Virus record (IMG/VR): IMGVR_UViG_3300032304_002264
Coordinates: 1-64,000 of that record
Reading direction: 5' to 3' (one strand)
DNA: 64,000 bases
From: a virus
Shown here: positions 46,744 through 56,186 of the stretch, piece by piece
Layout: every line of letters begins with the position of its first letter
Numbering within the stretch: position 1 is the first letter of the stretch
The notes under the pieces: generated by a model
The model's database searches: none
What the model saw: only the letters and a program-made list of their open reading frames with translations
Told to the model about the DNA's origin: nothing
Made by a program: the position numbers and the translations under genes

Positions 46744-49298
46744 TCCAACAATTTTCTAATTACGAATCTCCATTTCCAGCGGGGGTTAAGCTCCCTGAAA
46801 TTAAAATTGAGCAGCGCCATTATCAAAGCTTGGGTATCGCCAACGATACTTCCAACTTTGAGTTTTTGCGCCGCCTCTGCTTTGAGGGCGTTAAGAAAAG
46901 AGGCATTCTAGATAAACCCAACAAAGAAAAATATTTCGAACGCTTAAAGATGGAGCTGTCGGTCTTTGAGGAGCTGGGATTCATTGACTATGTTTTGCTG
47001 AATTGGGATGTCATTAATTTCTGTCATGAAACAGGCGTTCCTACAGGCGCGGGTCGCGGTTCAGCCCCTGGAAGTTTAGTGCTATATGCCATTGGCGTAA
47101 CCAACATTGATCCAATTAAACACGATCTATTCTTCGAGAGGTTTGTCTCGAAAAGCCGTGCGCGAAAAATCGAACATAATGGAGAGATCTTTTTGGACGG
47201 CTCTCTTTTGTGCGATGTTGATAACGATATTAGTTATGACAGACGACAAGAGGTGTTGGATTATATTAATAAAAAATATGCTGGCAGAACTTCTAAGATT
47301 CTCACGCTGAACACTCTCAGTAGCAAGCTATGTATTAAAGAGTGCGGCAAGATTGTCGGCGAAATGTCGGAATCGGACGTTAATATTATTAGTGATTCCA
47401 TCTCCAAAAAGTTTGGCAAGGTCGCTAAGCTTGGAGCGGCATACGAAGATAGCGAAGTCTTCAAAGAATTCGCGGACAAAAATAAGAGAGTCTATCGCGT
47501 TGCTAAAAAAATCGAAGGACTCAACAAGAACGTGGGAGTTCATCCTTCTGGTATTGCTATCAGCTATTACTCGATCCAAGAAGTAATGCCCGTGCAAACC
47601 ACTGGGGAAGAGGCTCTTGTTTCGGGGTATGACATGAACGACGTTGCCGAGTTGATGGTCAAGTTTGATATTCTTGGTCTGCGCACATTGTCGGTAGTTA
47701 ATGATGTTTGCCAACAAATTGGTTTAAACGCGCACGATATTGATGTAGAGCATCCATCTATTTACGCCGCTCTTCAAGTGCTGCAAGCTCCCATGGGACT
47801 TTTCCAGATCGAGGCGGACACAAACTTCAAGGTGGCTCAAAAAGTCGCGCCACGTAATCTAGAACAGCTTTCGGCGGTAGTGGCTATTGCAAGACCAGGA
47901 GCATTGGATTTCCTTGACAAATACGTGGAATACGCAAGAACAGGAGAGTCTCAGTCTATCCACCCTTTCTTCGATGATGTTCTCTCCTACACTGGCAACA
48001 TTCCTCTGTTTCAAGAGCAGTTGATGAAGATGGCTGTAAAAGTCGGATTCAGTTTGGATGAATCAGAACAATTGCGTCGAATTGTCGGCAAGAAAAAAGT
48101 TGATAAAATGGCTGAGTGGAAAGATAAGATCGCTCAAAAAATCAAAGAAAATAATCTCGACCCGATCATTGGAGATGTTTTATGGAAGGTCGCCGAAGAC
48201 TCTGCAAATTATTCGTTCAATAAATCGCACTCGATGGCTTATGCGTATCTTGCCGCTACGACGGTATATCTTAAATTCAACTATCCCCAGCAATTCTTTT
48301 TGAGTCTTTTGAAATTTGCTCAATTTGAGCCGAACCCCCACGAAGAAATCCTGAAAATTTCACAAGAGCTATCATCGTTTGGAATCAAACTGTTGCCCCC
48401 CAGTCTCACAAAGTCGCAAATTGATTTTTCTATCGAAGGCGAAGATATCCGTTATGGTCTTAATACGATCAAGGGCGTTTCTACGAAGTCTTTAGAGTCG
48501 TTGCTAGAGTTCCGCCAGAACGCATTTGAAAACAAGTATGAGGTGTTCTTGGCGGCAAAACAGGCGGGTGTCAATATTGGCCTGATGTCTGCATTGATTC
48601 AAGCAGGTTTGCTTGACCACTTTGTTGAAAAAGACCGATGCCGATTAGTTCTAGAAGCTCAAACATTTAATATTCTAACAGATCGAGAAAAAAGAAATTT
48701 AATCATCTTGGGAGAAAAATACAATTTCAATCTCTTGGATTGCATTAGCGATTGCGTTAAGACAAAATCTGTCGCAGACGACAATAAAGCCGTTTTTTCC
48801 GATAAGCGCTTTGAAACATTTAAAACTAAATATAAACCATATCGACAAATCTATGACCAAAACAAACAACATCTCAAATATGCTAATTGGTTTTTTGAGA
48901 GTAAATTATTGGGCTACAGTTATTCACAAAACATCCGAGATGTTTTTAAGGAAGCTGGCAGGTCTCATTTTGTTTCTTCACAAGACTTACATTCAGTTGA
49001 TAACAACACTTCCGTATGCTCTGTCGGGTTTGTAATAGACTCTATTTGCAGAACGAGCGCAAATGGCAACAAATACGCCCGTATTGATATCGCCGATGAA
49101 TGTGGAAACATTTCAATGCTGCTTATGGATAATTCGCGAGAAGAAAAACTAACAAGCTTCCTTAATTCTGGTAAAAAAATTCCTAAAAAGGGGGCGGTGG
49201 TGATCGGTATCGGCAGAAAAAATAACGACATCATTATGCTTGACAAGATGGTGCTTTTGGAAGATAAAATATATATGAAGCTCTCAGAGCTTAAATGA
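46740..49298 (+). CDS. dnaE: DNA polymerase III alpha catalytic part (no PHP)
   Basis: GRGSAPGS, FFERF, DVDND, GVHPSG, KFDILGL, FQEQLM, YSFNKSH, C-terminal OB fold. Confidence 0.93.
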   Translation: MIQQFSNYESPFPAGVKLPEIKIEQRHYQSLGIANDTSNFEFLRRLCFEGVKKRGILDKPNKEKYFERLKMELSVFEELGFIDYVLLNWDVINFCHETGVPTGAGRGSAPGSLVLYAIGVTNIDPIKHDLFFERFVSKSRARKIEHNGEIFLDGSLLCDVDNDISYDRRQEVLDYINKKYAGRTSKILTLNTLSSKLCIKECGKIVGEMSESDVNIISDSISKKFGKVAKLGAAYEDSEVFKEFADKNKRVYRVAKKIEGLNKNVGVHPSGIAISYYSIQEVMPVQTTGEEALVSGYDMNDVAELMVKFDILGLRTLSVVNDVCQQIGLNAHDIDVEHPSIYAALQVLQAPMGLFQIEADTNFKVAQKVAPRNLEQLSAVVAIARPGALDFLDKYVEYARTGESQSIHPFFDDVLSYTGNIPLFQEQLMKMAVKVGFSLDESEQLRRIVGKKKVDKMAEWKDKIAQKIKENNLDPIIGDVLWKVAEDSANYSFNKSHSMAYAYLAATTVYLKFNYPQQFFLSLLKFAQFEPNPHEEILKISQELSSFGIKLLPPSLTKSQIDFSIEGEDIRYGLNTIKGVSTKSLESLLEFRQNAFENKYEVFLAAKQAGVNIGLMSALIQAGLLDHFVEKDRCRLVLEAQTFNILTDREKRNLIILGEKYNFNLLDCISDCVKTKSVADDNKAVFSDKRFETFKTKYKPYRQIYDQNKQHLKYANWFFESKLLGYSYSQNIRDVFKEAGRSHFVSSQDLHSVDNNTSVCSVGFVIDSICRTSANGNKYARIDIADECGNISMLLMDNSREEKLTSFLNSGKKIPKKGAVVIGIGRKNNDIIMLDKMVLLEDKIYMKLSELK

Positions 49299-49300
49299 CA

Positions 49301-49306
49301 GTGTAA
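49301..49306 (+). promoter_or_regulatory. GTGTAA element before Clp ATPase
   Basis: 6 nt before ATG 49313 and 9 nt before ATG 49316. Confidence 0.6.
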
Positions 49307-49312
49307 CTACAT

Positions 49313-51616
49313 ATGATGGAACTAGATCAACAAAATTGGACATTTAGCGCTTTAGAATCTTGGCTGGAGGTCTCTAAGATTGCCAGATCCAAAAATCACA
49401 AAATCACTAATATTTATCATCTTTTTGTTTCTCTGTGGGAGAGAAGCAGCTCTAATTTCTTAGAATTTATAGACAACAGGGGTCTCGCGATTAAGCCGAG
49501 GACTATACACGCCATTGTTGACAAATTCGCCAAAAAGAATCCAGACATGTTTTTGAACTCCCAAATGGAGTCGATTATTCAAAAAGAAATTGAAAATTGC
49601 GTTGATAAAGCTTCCCTCTTAGCCAACAAGCATGGTAATTTATTTATTGGAACCGAGCATTTTATTTGGAGCATTCTCGAATGCTCAGAAAAGTTTTGCG
49701 AATGTTTGCTAGAAAACGGGATAGATACGGAGCATTTTAAAAATTGTATTGAAGCGTTTTTAACAAGCGATGCTTTGTCGATTGAAGAGGATGAGGACTT
49801 TGATGAATCAGGCGAAGTTGCTCATAAAGATGCAAACGAAGAGCAGCAGCGGCTTAATGAATCTCAAATCAAGAGATTTTGCACTCTCTTGAACGAGACG
49901 GTTACAAAGAGCGACTTTGGCGTGATTTCGGGACGAGATAAAGAAATCAGCGATCTTGAAGAGATATTAAGCTGCAAAATTAAAAGCAATTGCATTCTAG
50001 TGGGAGAAGCTGGCACGGGAAAAACTTCGGTGGTTGAAGGTTTGGCTCAAAATATTTCTTCTCCAAAATATACAGGATCTCTTAAAAATAAAAAGATCTA
50101 TTCGCTAGATATATGCGCCCTAATCGCTGGTAGCAAATATCGAGGTCAATTTGAAATGAGGCTCAACAAACTTCTGGAAGAGTTAAAAGCAGATCCGAAT
50201 GCGATATTATTTATAGATGAAATTCACAATATCGTCGGAGCGGGATCAGGAAGAGACAATTCCCCCGATTTATCCAATTCGATTAAGCCAGCGTTAGCTC
50301 GCGGTGAAATCAAATGCATAGGAGCTACGACATTTTCAGAATACAAGAAATATATTGAAAATGACCCCGCTTTAGCTCGAAGATTTTATACTTTAGAGAT
50401 TAAAGACCCCGATATAGATCGAATGAAAGATATCGCTCTTAAAGCTTTACCAAGTTATGAAAATTACCATAAGATAAAATTCCCCAAAAAACTGTTGAAA
50501 ACATCAATCGACATGTGCGAAACCTACTTGCCGCACAAAAGATTCATCGACAAAGCTTTTGATGTGATTGATCGCTCTTTTGCTAGAGCAAAAATTAGAA
50601 TTTTAAGTTCCGATGATCAAGTGCAGGAAGAAATTCCTCAAACAGTTGTTCTCGAAGATCTATTGCAAGCTGTTGCTAATCTGTCAGGAATCAGTGCAGA
50701 TATTCTAAAAAACAATTTAGAAAAAAAGTTTTCCAATTTGGCCACTAATTTTAAAAAAGAAATTTTTGGACAGGACAAGGCTATTGATAAAATATATAAT
50801 TGCCTCGCTTGCGCCAAGGCTGGACTGAACTCCGAGAACAGACCTCTTTCTAGCTTTTTGTTTGTTGGTCCAACAAGCGTTGGTAAAACCTATACCGCTA
50901 AAAAAATCGCCAAAGAATTCTTCGGCAATGACAGAAGTTATCTTCAGCTCAATATGAGCGAGTATCAAGAGCCAGCGTCCATATCGCGCCTTCTAGGAGC
51001 TAGCGCGGGATACGTTGGATTTAGCGATGGAGGAACCCTCACCGAGTTTGTTCGCCAGAATCCCAATAGTCTTATTTTGTTTGATGAAATTGAGAAGGGA
51101 GATTTCTCCGTTTTGAATGTTCTTCTCCAAATTTTAGACGAAGGCAAATTACGAGATGGGCAGGGTCGCGAAATTGACTTTTCGCGCACGATTCTTGTTC
51201 TTACCAGTAATATTGGAGCGTCAGAAGCGGGTAAATCGTCTATGGGATTCATCTCTAATCCAGATGACCCAGTAAACGTTTTTGAATCATCCGTCAAAAG
51301 AACACTGTCTCCAGAAATGCGGTCGCGTATTGATGAGACTATTGTGTTCGAAAAAATCAATGAAGAGGCTATCTCTAAAATCTTTGATCGACACGTTGCC
51401 GAAATGAAAGAAAAAGCGCATAAAAAAGGAATAAAAATTGACTGCCAAATTAAAATATCCGATCTGGTAATCGACAGCAGCAAGCTTCACGCCCGCGAAA
51501 TTAAAAATATATTTAGAAACGAAGTTCAGACAAAAGTTGCACAATTCATCGCTTCTGGCAAAAAAAATCGCAATTTGAAGATAAAAGTTGTTGACAAAAA
51601 GGTTCAGTTGTCTTAG
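49313..51616 (+). CDS. ClpA/ClpC-type AAA+ unfoldase
   Basis: Clp-N repeat (IGTEH), GEAGTGKT, KYRGQFE, LFIDEIH, GPTSVGKT, GYVG, LFDEIEK, MGF loop. Confidence 0.9.
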   Translation: MMELDQQNWTFSALESWLEVSKIARSKNHKITNIYHLFVSLWERSSSNFLEFIDNRGLAIKPRTIHAIVDKFAKKNPDMFLNSQMESIIQKEIENCVDKASLLANKHGNLFIGTEHFIWSILECSEKFCECLLENGIDTEHFKNCIEAFLTSDALSIEEDEDFDESGEVAHKDANEEQQRLNESQIKRFCTLLNETVTKSDFGVISGRDKEISDLEEILSCKIKSNCILVGEAGTGKTSVVEGLAQNISSPKYTGSLKNKKIYSLDICALIAGSKYRGQFEMRLNKLLEELKADPNAILFIDEIHNIVGAGSGRDNSPDLSNSIKPALARGEIKCIGATTFSEYKKYIENDPALARRFYTLEIKDPDIDRMKDIALKALPSYENYHKIKFPKKLLKTSIDMCETYLPHKRFIDKAFDVIDRSFARAKIRILSSDDQVQEEIPQTVVLEDLLQAVANLSGISADILKNNLEKKFSNLATNFKKEIFGQDKAIDKIYNCLACAKAGLNSENRPLSSFLFVGPTSVGKTYTAKKIAKEFFGNDRSYLQLNMSEYQEPASISRLLGASAGYVGFSDGGTLTEFVRQNPNSLILFDEIEKGDFSVLNVLLQILDEGKLRDGQGREIDFSRTILVLTSNIGASEAGKSSMGFISNPDDPVNVFESSVKRTLSPEMRSRIDETIVFEKINEEAISKIFDRHVAEMKEKAHKKGIKIDCQIKISDLVIDSSKLHAREIKNIFRNEVQTKVAQFIASGKKNRNLKIKVVDKKVQLS

Positions 51617-51619
51617 TAT
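51591..51619 (+). promoter_or_regulatory. Sigma70-type promoter
   Basis: TTGACA-17-TAGTAT, 9 nt before ATG 51629. Confidence 0.7.
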
Positions 51620-51628
51620 ATCGGCGCA

Positions 51629-51850
51629 ATGAAAAAACAAATTAAGCAATCAGCATTTGATGTAATGAAGCAAACACAAGGACGATTCTTCGGACTTTAT
51701 CTAAAGGATGGAGAAACAATCAACGCTCAGTTTCGGCAAGAAACTGCGAAGACTGTCCTAGTCTATGATAGGAATAACGGTATCGACAGACGAATCAATA
51801 AGTCGAAGATTAATTTTATTTACTCCAAAAATACGCCGTTTTTCGCATAA
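51629..51850 (+). CDS. Small hypothetical protein (own promoter and terminator)
   Basis: 73 aa, beta-rich. Confidence 0.65.
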   Translation: MKKQIKQSAFDVMKQTQGRFFGLYLKDGETINAQFRQETAKTVLVYDRNNGIDRRINKSKINFIYSKNTPFFA

Positions 51851-51873
51851 ACTTGGCATCTCGCATCAAACTC

Positions 51874-51904
51874 AAAAACCCAGTGGAAACACTGGGTTTT
51901 TTTT
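51874..51904 (+). terminator. Intrinsic terminator
   Basis: AAAAACCCAGTG-GAAA-CACTGGGTTTTTTTT. Confidence 0.9.
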
Positions 51905-51916
51905 ATACAATATAAA

Positions 51917-52987
51917 GTGCAACCTAAAGAATTAACCAATAAGCCCTACGTGTTCTCTTCAGATAACAAAGATTCTGAGGCGGCTCTATTTGCGGAAAAA
52001 GTTCTTAAAAAGATTGGGTTCGCTTCGGTTGAGGACGTTTGCTTTTTAGATTCACAGATGGACTTCGACTGCTTGAAAGCGGTGATTGATGGCGAGCCTA
52101 GATATTTTAAGTATTCGCTGGATGGAGAAGGTTCTTTTTTCGCTCACGAGTTCGATATTCTTAAACAGCTATCTCCATTTGCGCCAGTTCCTCATAAGCA
52201 CGGAAAAATCAAATATGGAGACTCTTTGCAATACATCATCACTTCTCTTGAAGTGGCGGAAACCGTTGCGGAATTCGGAACAGCTTCCATTTTAGAACAT
52301 AAAGATTCTTTTCTATTTTCTTTTGATAAATTGCGCGGCGTGTCAGTTGATAGGAATTTTTCTCATCATATAAATGATATTTTTGATCGCTGTGATATAG
52401 ACAAACTGCCCGAACACTCAATAGAAGCTATCAGCAGCAATTCCGATATAAACATTTTGCGCTCAATCGTTGCCATTCTAAAAGACGAAATCAATTATCT
52501 TTCGCGGCAGAGTTTATGTAAAAGCTCTGATTTTTGTCATGGAAACTTGACTCCAAATAACATTTTAATAAAAAACAATCTATTTAAATTTCAGCACCTA
52601 CAAGCTGGCTACATGGGAAATCAATTGTTCGATCTGTGCTATTTGTTTATTAATATGGGAATCCCCCTAGAATATCAGCGACAGTTCGCGATGGACTATA
52701 AATCTCTTTTCCCCGATTTTAATCAAGAGAAATTCACCGAAGAGTATAACTTTTGCTTCAATTTAATGCTTCGGCTGTTTGTTTTTGAAACGATTTTTAA
52801 TTATCTGTGCGAAATATATCTATACGAAAATTCGCGCCCTTTAAAAATTCTACAGACTGTCAGCGTTTTTCTACGCAATGAAGAAGCTTTGACGATGATA
52901 CCAAGCCTTAATCAATACACTTCGTTTTTAGTTAGAGATATCATGGAGCCTTTGATTGGTTCTGGTCGAAACAACGCAGATTCGTAA
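51917..52987 (+). CDS. APH/choline kinase-like protein, probably inactive
   Basis: RYFKY..HEFDILK, FCHGNLTPNNILI, G...FDL; catalytic aspartates replaced. Confidence 0.65.
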   Translation: MQPKELTNKPYVFSSDNKDSEAALFAEKVLKKIGFASVEDVCFLDSQMDFDCLKAVIDGEPRYFKYSLDGEGSFFAHEFDILKQLSPFAPVPHKHGKIKYGDSLQYIITSLEVAETVAEFGTASILEHKDSFLFSFDKLRGVSVDRNFSHHINDIFDRCDIDKLPEHSIEAISSNSDINILRSIVAILKDEINYLSRQSLCKSSDFCHGNLTPNNILIKNNLFKFQHLQAGYMGNQLFDLCYLFINMGIPLEYQRQFAMDYKSLFPDFNQEKFTEEYNFCFNLMLRLFVFETIFNYLCEIYLYENSRPLKILQTVSVFLRNEEALTMIPSLNQYTSFLVRDIMEPLIGSGRNNADS

Positions 52988-52994
52988 GAAAATC

Positions 52995-53345
52995 CTATTC
53001 GTCAGGGAAAATCTCTTCCTCCACCACTGGCGGTGTATAAACAATCTCAGCACTGCCATCTTGTGCAAATGATACGCTATATCCTGTTGGAACACCCAGC
53101 GGCACATATCCATCAATTTTGCTGGCAAGAAACGCCTGTGCTTCCGCCGAATCGGTAAACACTTTGAGTGCTTGTGTTCCAAGCAAACCGACCTTGACGC
53201 TTGGGCTTGCCTCTCCATACCAAAAAGCGTCATACGCTTGTTGGGTGAATGATTGTAGTTGTCTCAGTGCATTTTCAGCATGAGTGTTCATGGCGTTGAC
53301 TTCTGCAATCGCTTTTAGTTCTTCTGTTTTTATTACGTTATACAT
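52995..53345 (-). CDS. Hypothetical protein, possible fibre chaperone
   Basis: 116 aa directly downstream of the fibre gene. Confidence 0.5.
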   Translation of the reverse strand: MYNVIKTEELKAIAEVNAMNTHAENALRQLQSFTQQAYDAFWYGEASPSVKVGLLGTQALKVFTDSAEAQAFLASKIDGYVPLGVPTGYSVSFAQDGSAEIVYTPPVVEEEIFPDE

Positions 53346-53349
53346 AATT

Positions 53350-55839
53350 TCAGTATCTGTTTGTCATAATATACGGGCTATTGAAATTGATCCCTAAAAA
53401 TCCAAGACCAGTGATATCCGCTCCTGCCATAATCCCAATTTGAGGTCTTGTTCCCAATTGATAGGTGGTTGCATTAGTTCCTACTCCAAGTCCAGTAAGC
53501 GTTAATGATGCGGTGGCTGAAGGAGTGCCAAGATGCAAAGTAATTGTTCTGCTTGTGAAGTTGTATTTAATAAAAAATTTGTAAAAAGTATATGGATTAA
53601 CTTCAACAATTGCTGAAGATATTTTTTGACATCCCCCACCTGAAGTATAAGCGCCGTTTCCAGTGCTTCCATTTAATATGAATGTATTTGTGGTGACTCC
53701 AGATATTGTAAAAACACCGTTTGCCGCTGTATTTCCACCAACTCCCGTTATTTCAACTAAATCTCCGTTTTGGTGATTATGACCATTGTATGTTATGACA
53801 ATAGGAGAAGCATTTGTCGCGTTGCTTATGTTTGTATTATTTAAATTACATGTTCTTCCAACAAGTTGAATTTGATATGTATTGTTGACAGGATGCTTGG
53901 ACATTTTTATACCATATCCAGAGGACGAAATCAAGGAGCCTAATCTACCATTAAGAGTTCCGCTAGTGGCTACGTTTCCGAGAACAACTCGCAAAATTGC
54001 GTCTCTGGCGGTATTGTTGCTAAACGTCATTAAATCAAATCCTAAAATATGATTTACTCTCCAATCTATCATAGCTCCACCTCCAGCATTATTGCTTGAT
54101 AAATTGTTGCCGTGTGCGCTTATAGTCGGGAAATTGAATATCGCGTGTGCGCCTGCATCATTAGCTACTGGAGCAGTGCCGAAACCAATACTTCCATTAT
54201 TCATAAAAAATTGGCCATTAGTTTGTGTTCCGTTTGCTGCAAACACAGATGTTTGAGCGAAACACTGTCTTATTTCCATCATTCTTTCATCAAACAATTC
54301 GTTTGTAACGACACCTTTTGCCGTTGAAGCATTCAATGATGGTTGAGCCGTAGCAGTAACAGGGTTACTAAAAGCAAACGCAGCACCCGAACCAACAGCA
54401 TCTAGAGTAACCAGACCAGACGCATTGACTGTGGTGCTTAAATAGTTTGAAGCATCATAGCCTAGACGCAATTGTTCCGTAGTAGATACTGCGTGGAGTT
54501 TGGCAGAAGGCGATGTTGTGCCGATGCCCACATTATCTGCAAATGTTTTTACACCCGATATATTTTGATCTCCAGTCGTATAAACAATATTATTTATTCC
54601 TGTAATGAAACCGCTGGGGTTACTCCTTGGGTAGAATTGACCAGTCTGCGATTGAGCGATAAATACTCCTGTTTCGCTTGGGCGAACTACCTCGCCAGTT
54701 ACATATCCAGACAAATCAACGCCCGTTATGAATCCAGAAGGATTACTAGCGGCATAGAACTGCCCCGTTTGAGATTGAGTAACGAACACTCCTGTTTCGC
54801 TGGGGCGCACAACACTTCCAGTCACATAAGAACCTGTTTGATTATTTAAATTAGTGATTTGCGGTTGTAAATATCCGCTCAAAGCTGCAATCTCCTCAAC
54901 TGAACCTATTGTCGCCAGAGGAGACAAATCGCTAGCTCTCGTAGAGATTCCAAATTTAAATTTATTAGAGTGGTCGAAACCAATAATTGCGCCAGAATCA
55001 TTTATTCCAGTTAATCCTGAGCCAGTAACAAAAAATAAACCGCCATCAAATGCGCCGCCTGTTAAATTTAATAATAAGTATGGACTTTGGACATTCGAAA
55101 CAGTGGAATTCGCTACTGTCTGGGTTCCAGTGACAAATAAATGATTAATATAAACATCATTAGAGAAAGTTTTATTTCCATAAATTGTTTGATTGCTATT
55201 GAAATCGACGTATCTATTATCTGCTGCGCCAGTTGTTAAAAACTTACCAGTATTATAATTCAAATCAGTGATTTGATTTTGGATAGACCCACTTATTCCC
55301 GTAACAAATCCTATGGTAGCATAAGAAGAAAGATCTACTCCCGTAATGTATCCCGAAGGGTTATTTCTTGGGTAATAGCTTCCCGTTTGATTGTTTAAGT
55401 TGGTCACTTGATTTTGCAGATGACCGCTAATACCAGTTGAGAAAGAAATGGTGGAATAGTTAGATAAATCAACTCCCGTGATATATCCAGAAGGATTACT
55501 TGTGGGATAAAACACTCCCGTTTCATTTGGGCGAATCACGCTACCAGTAGTTAAATTAAAATACTGACCAGACGACAGATGATAATATTGATTAGCGGCT
55601 CCACCCTGTAAATCGCCGAAAGTGTTGTGCAGAAGCTCTCCACTTACGCCGCTCAAATAAACTATATTGATTCCATTGTAAAAAACAGACGGATTCAACA
55701 GCACGTTGTTAACGTCGTCTTCAATTGTTATTGAATTTTGTTGATTCTGGCCTATATCCAGCGACACAGCGCTATCTGAATTATTTATATTAATAATTGT
55801 CGATGGATCTTGCGCTACATTTATTACAAATTCATTCAT
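53350..55839 (-). CDS. Tail fibre / receptor-binding protein
   Basis: SNPSG(Y/F)ITG repeats, Q.I.G.KTF and VGIGTTSPSAKLH fibre motifs, C-terminal beta domains. Confidence 0.75.
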   Translation of the reverse strand: MNEFVINVAQDPSTIININNSDSAVSLDIGQNQQNSITIEDDVNNVLLNPSVFYNGINIVYLSGVSGELLHNTFGDLQGGAANQYYHLSSGQYFNLTTGSVIRPNETGVFYPTSNPSGYITGVDLSNYSTISFSTGISGHLQNQVTNLNNQTGSYYPRNNPSGYITGVDLSSYATIGFVTGISGSIQNQITDLNYNTGKFLTTGAADNRYVDFNSNQTIYGNKTFSNDVYINHLFVTGTQTVANSTVSNVQSPYLLLNLTGGAFDGGLFFVTGSGLTGINDSGAIIGFDHSNKFKFGISTRASDLSPLATIGSVEEIAALSGYLQPQITNLNNQTGSYVTGSVVRPSETGVFVTQSQTGQFYAASNPSGFITGVDLSGYVTGEVVRPSETGVFIAQSQTGQFYPRSNPSGFITGINNIVYTTGDQNISGVKTFADNVGIGTTSPSAKLHAVSTTEQLRLGYDASNYLSTTVNASGLVTLDAVGSGAAFAFSNPVTATAQPSLNASTAKGVVTNELFDERMMEIRQCFAQTSVFAANGTQTNGQFFMNNGSIGFGTAPVANDAGAHAIFNFPTISAHGNNLSSNNAGGGAMIDWRVNHILGFDLMTFSNNTARDAILRVVLGNVATSGTLNGRLGSLISSSGYGIKMSKHPVNNTYQIQLVGRTCNLNNTNISNATNASPIVITYNGHNHQNGDLVEITGVGGNTAANGVFTISGVTTNTFILNGSTGNGAYTSGGGCQKISSAIVEVNPYTFYKFFIKYNFTSRTITLHLGTPSATASLTLTGLGVGTNATTYQLGTRPQIGIMAGADITGLGFLGINFNSPYIMTNRY
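54598..55545 (-). repeat. Peptide repeats in tail fibre
   Basis: Four NPSG(Y/F)ITG units, three V(I/V)RP(N/S)ETGVF units and three SG.(L/I)Q.Q(I/V)T.LN units; boundaries approximate. Confidence 0.8.
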
Positions 55840-56171
55840 GGATAAGTTGCGGATTTAACGACATCAACAGTGCCATACATAAGTTTGTCTGGGCATTCTC
55901 CAGATTTGTCCGCATATAAATCCCAATAACATGGCGACAAATCAAGATTCGACGTTTGAGCGGAGCTTAAACTGATCTTTGCGATGCCGCTTGGTATGCT
56001 GATAATTTGAGTGGTCAGCACAGCCTGTAAAGCATCATCAAAATTTCTGCGAATCTGCCCAGTTAAAGTGACTCCGCTTAAATTGTAAATACCATTATTC
56101 CGCTGAATAGTAAGCGTCAAATCGTAGCAGGATCTTTGTTCGATAGTTATTCCAGTGAAAGCAGCACTCAT
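55836..56171 (-). CDS. Probable fibre adaptor/baseplate-associated protein
   Basis: NLSGVTLTGQIR, G.AKISLSSAQT..L, YWDL pattern; directly upstream of fibre gene. Confidence 0.55.
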   Translation of the reverse strand: MSAAFTGITIEQRSCYDLTLTIQRNNGIYNLSGVTLTGQIRRNFDDALQAVLTTQIISIPSGIAKISLSSAQTSNLDLSPCYWDLYADKSGECPDKLMYGTVDVVKSATYP

Positions 56172-56180
56172 CGAAGACTA

Positions 56181-56186
56181 TTACAC
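56181..56186 (-). promoter_or_regulatory. GTGTAA element formed by the last codon and stop of the SET gene
   Basis: 9 nt before ATG 56171. Confidence 0.6.

Noticed and set aside
28138-49298. Inteins or introns in nrdAB, recA, dnaB or dnaE
   Set aside because: Lengths are normal or short and no splicing motifs were seen; the endonucleases are free-standing.
53350-55839. Diversity-generating retroelement acting on the fibre
   Set aside because: No reverse transcriptase and no template/variable repeat pair seen; the repeats are diverged coding repeats.
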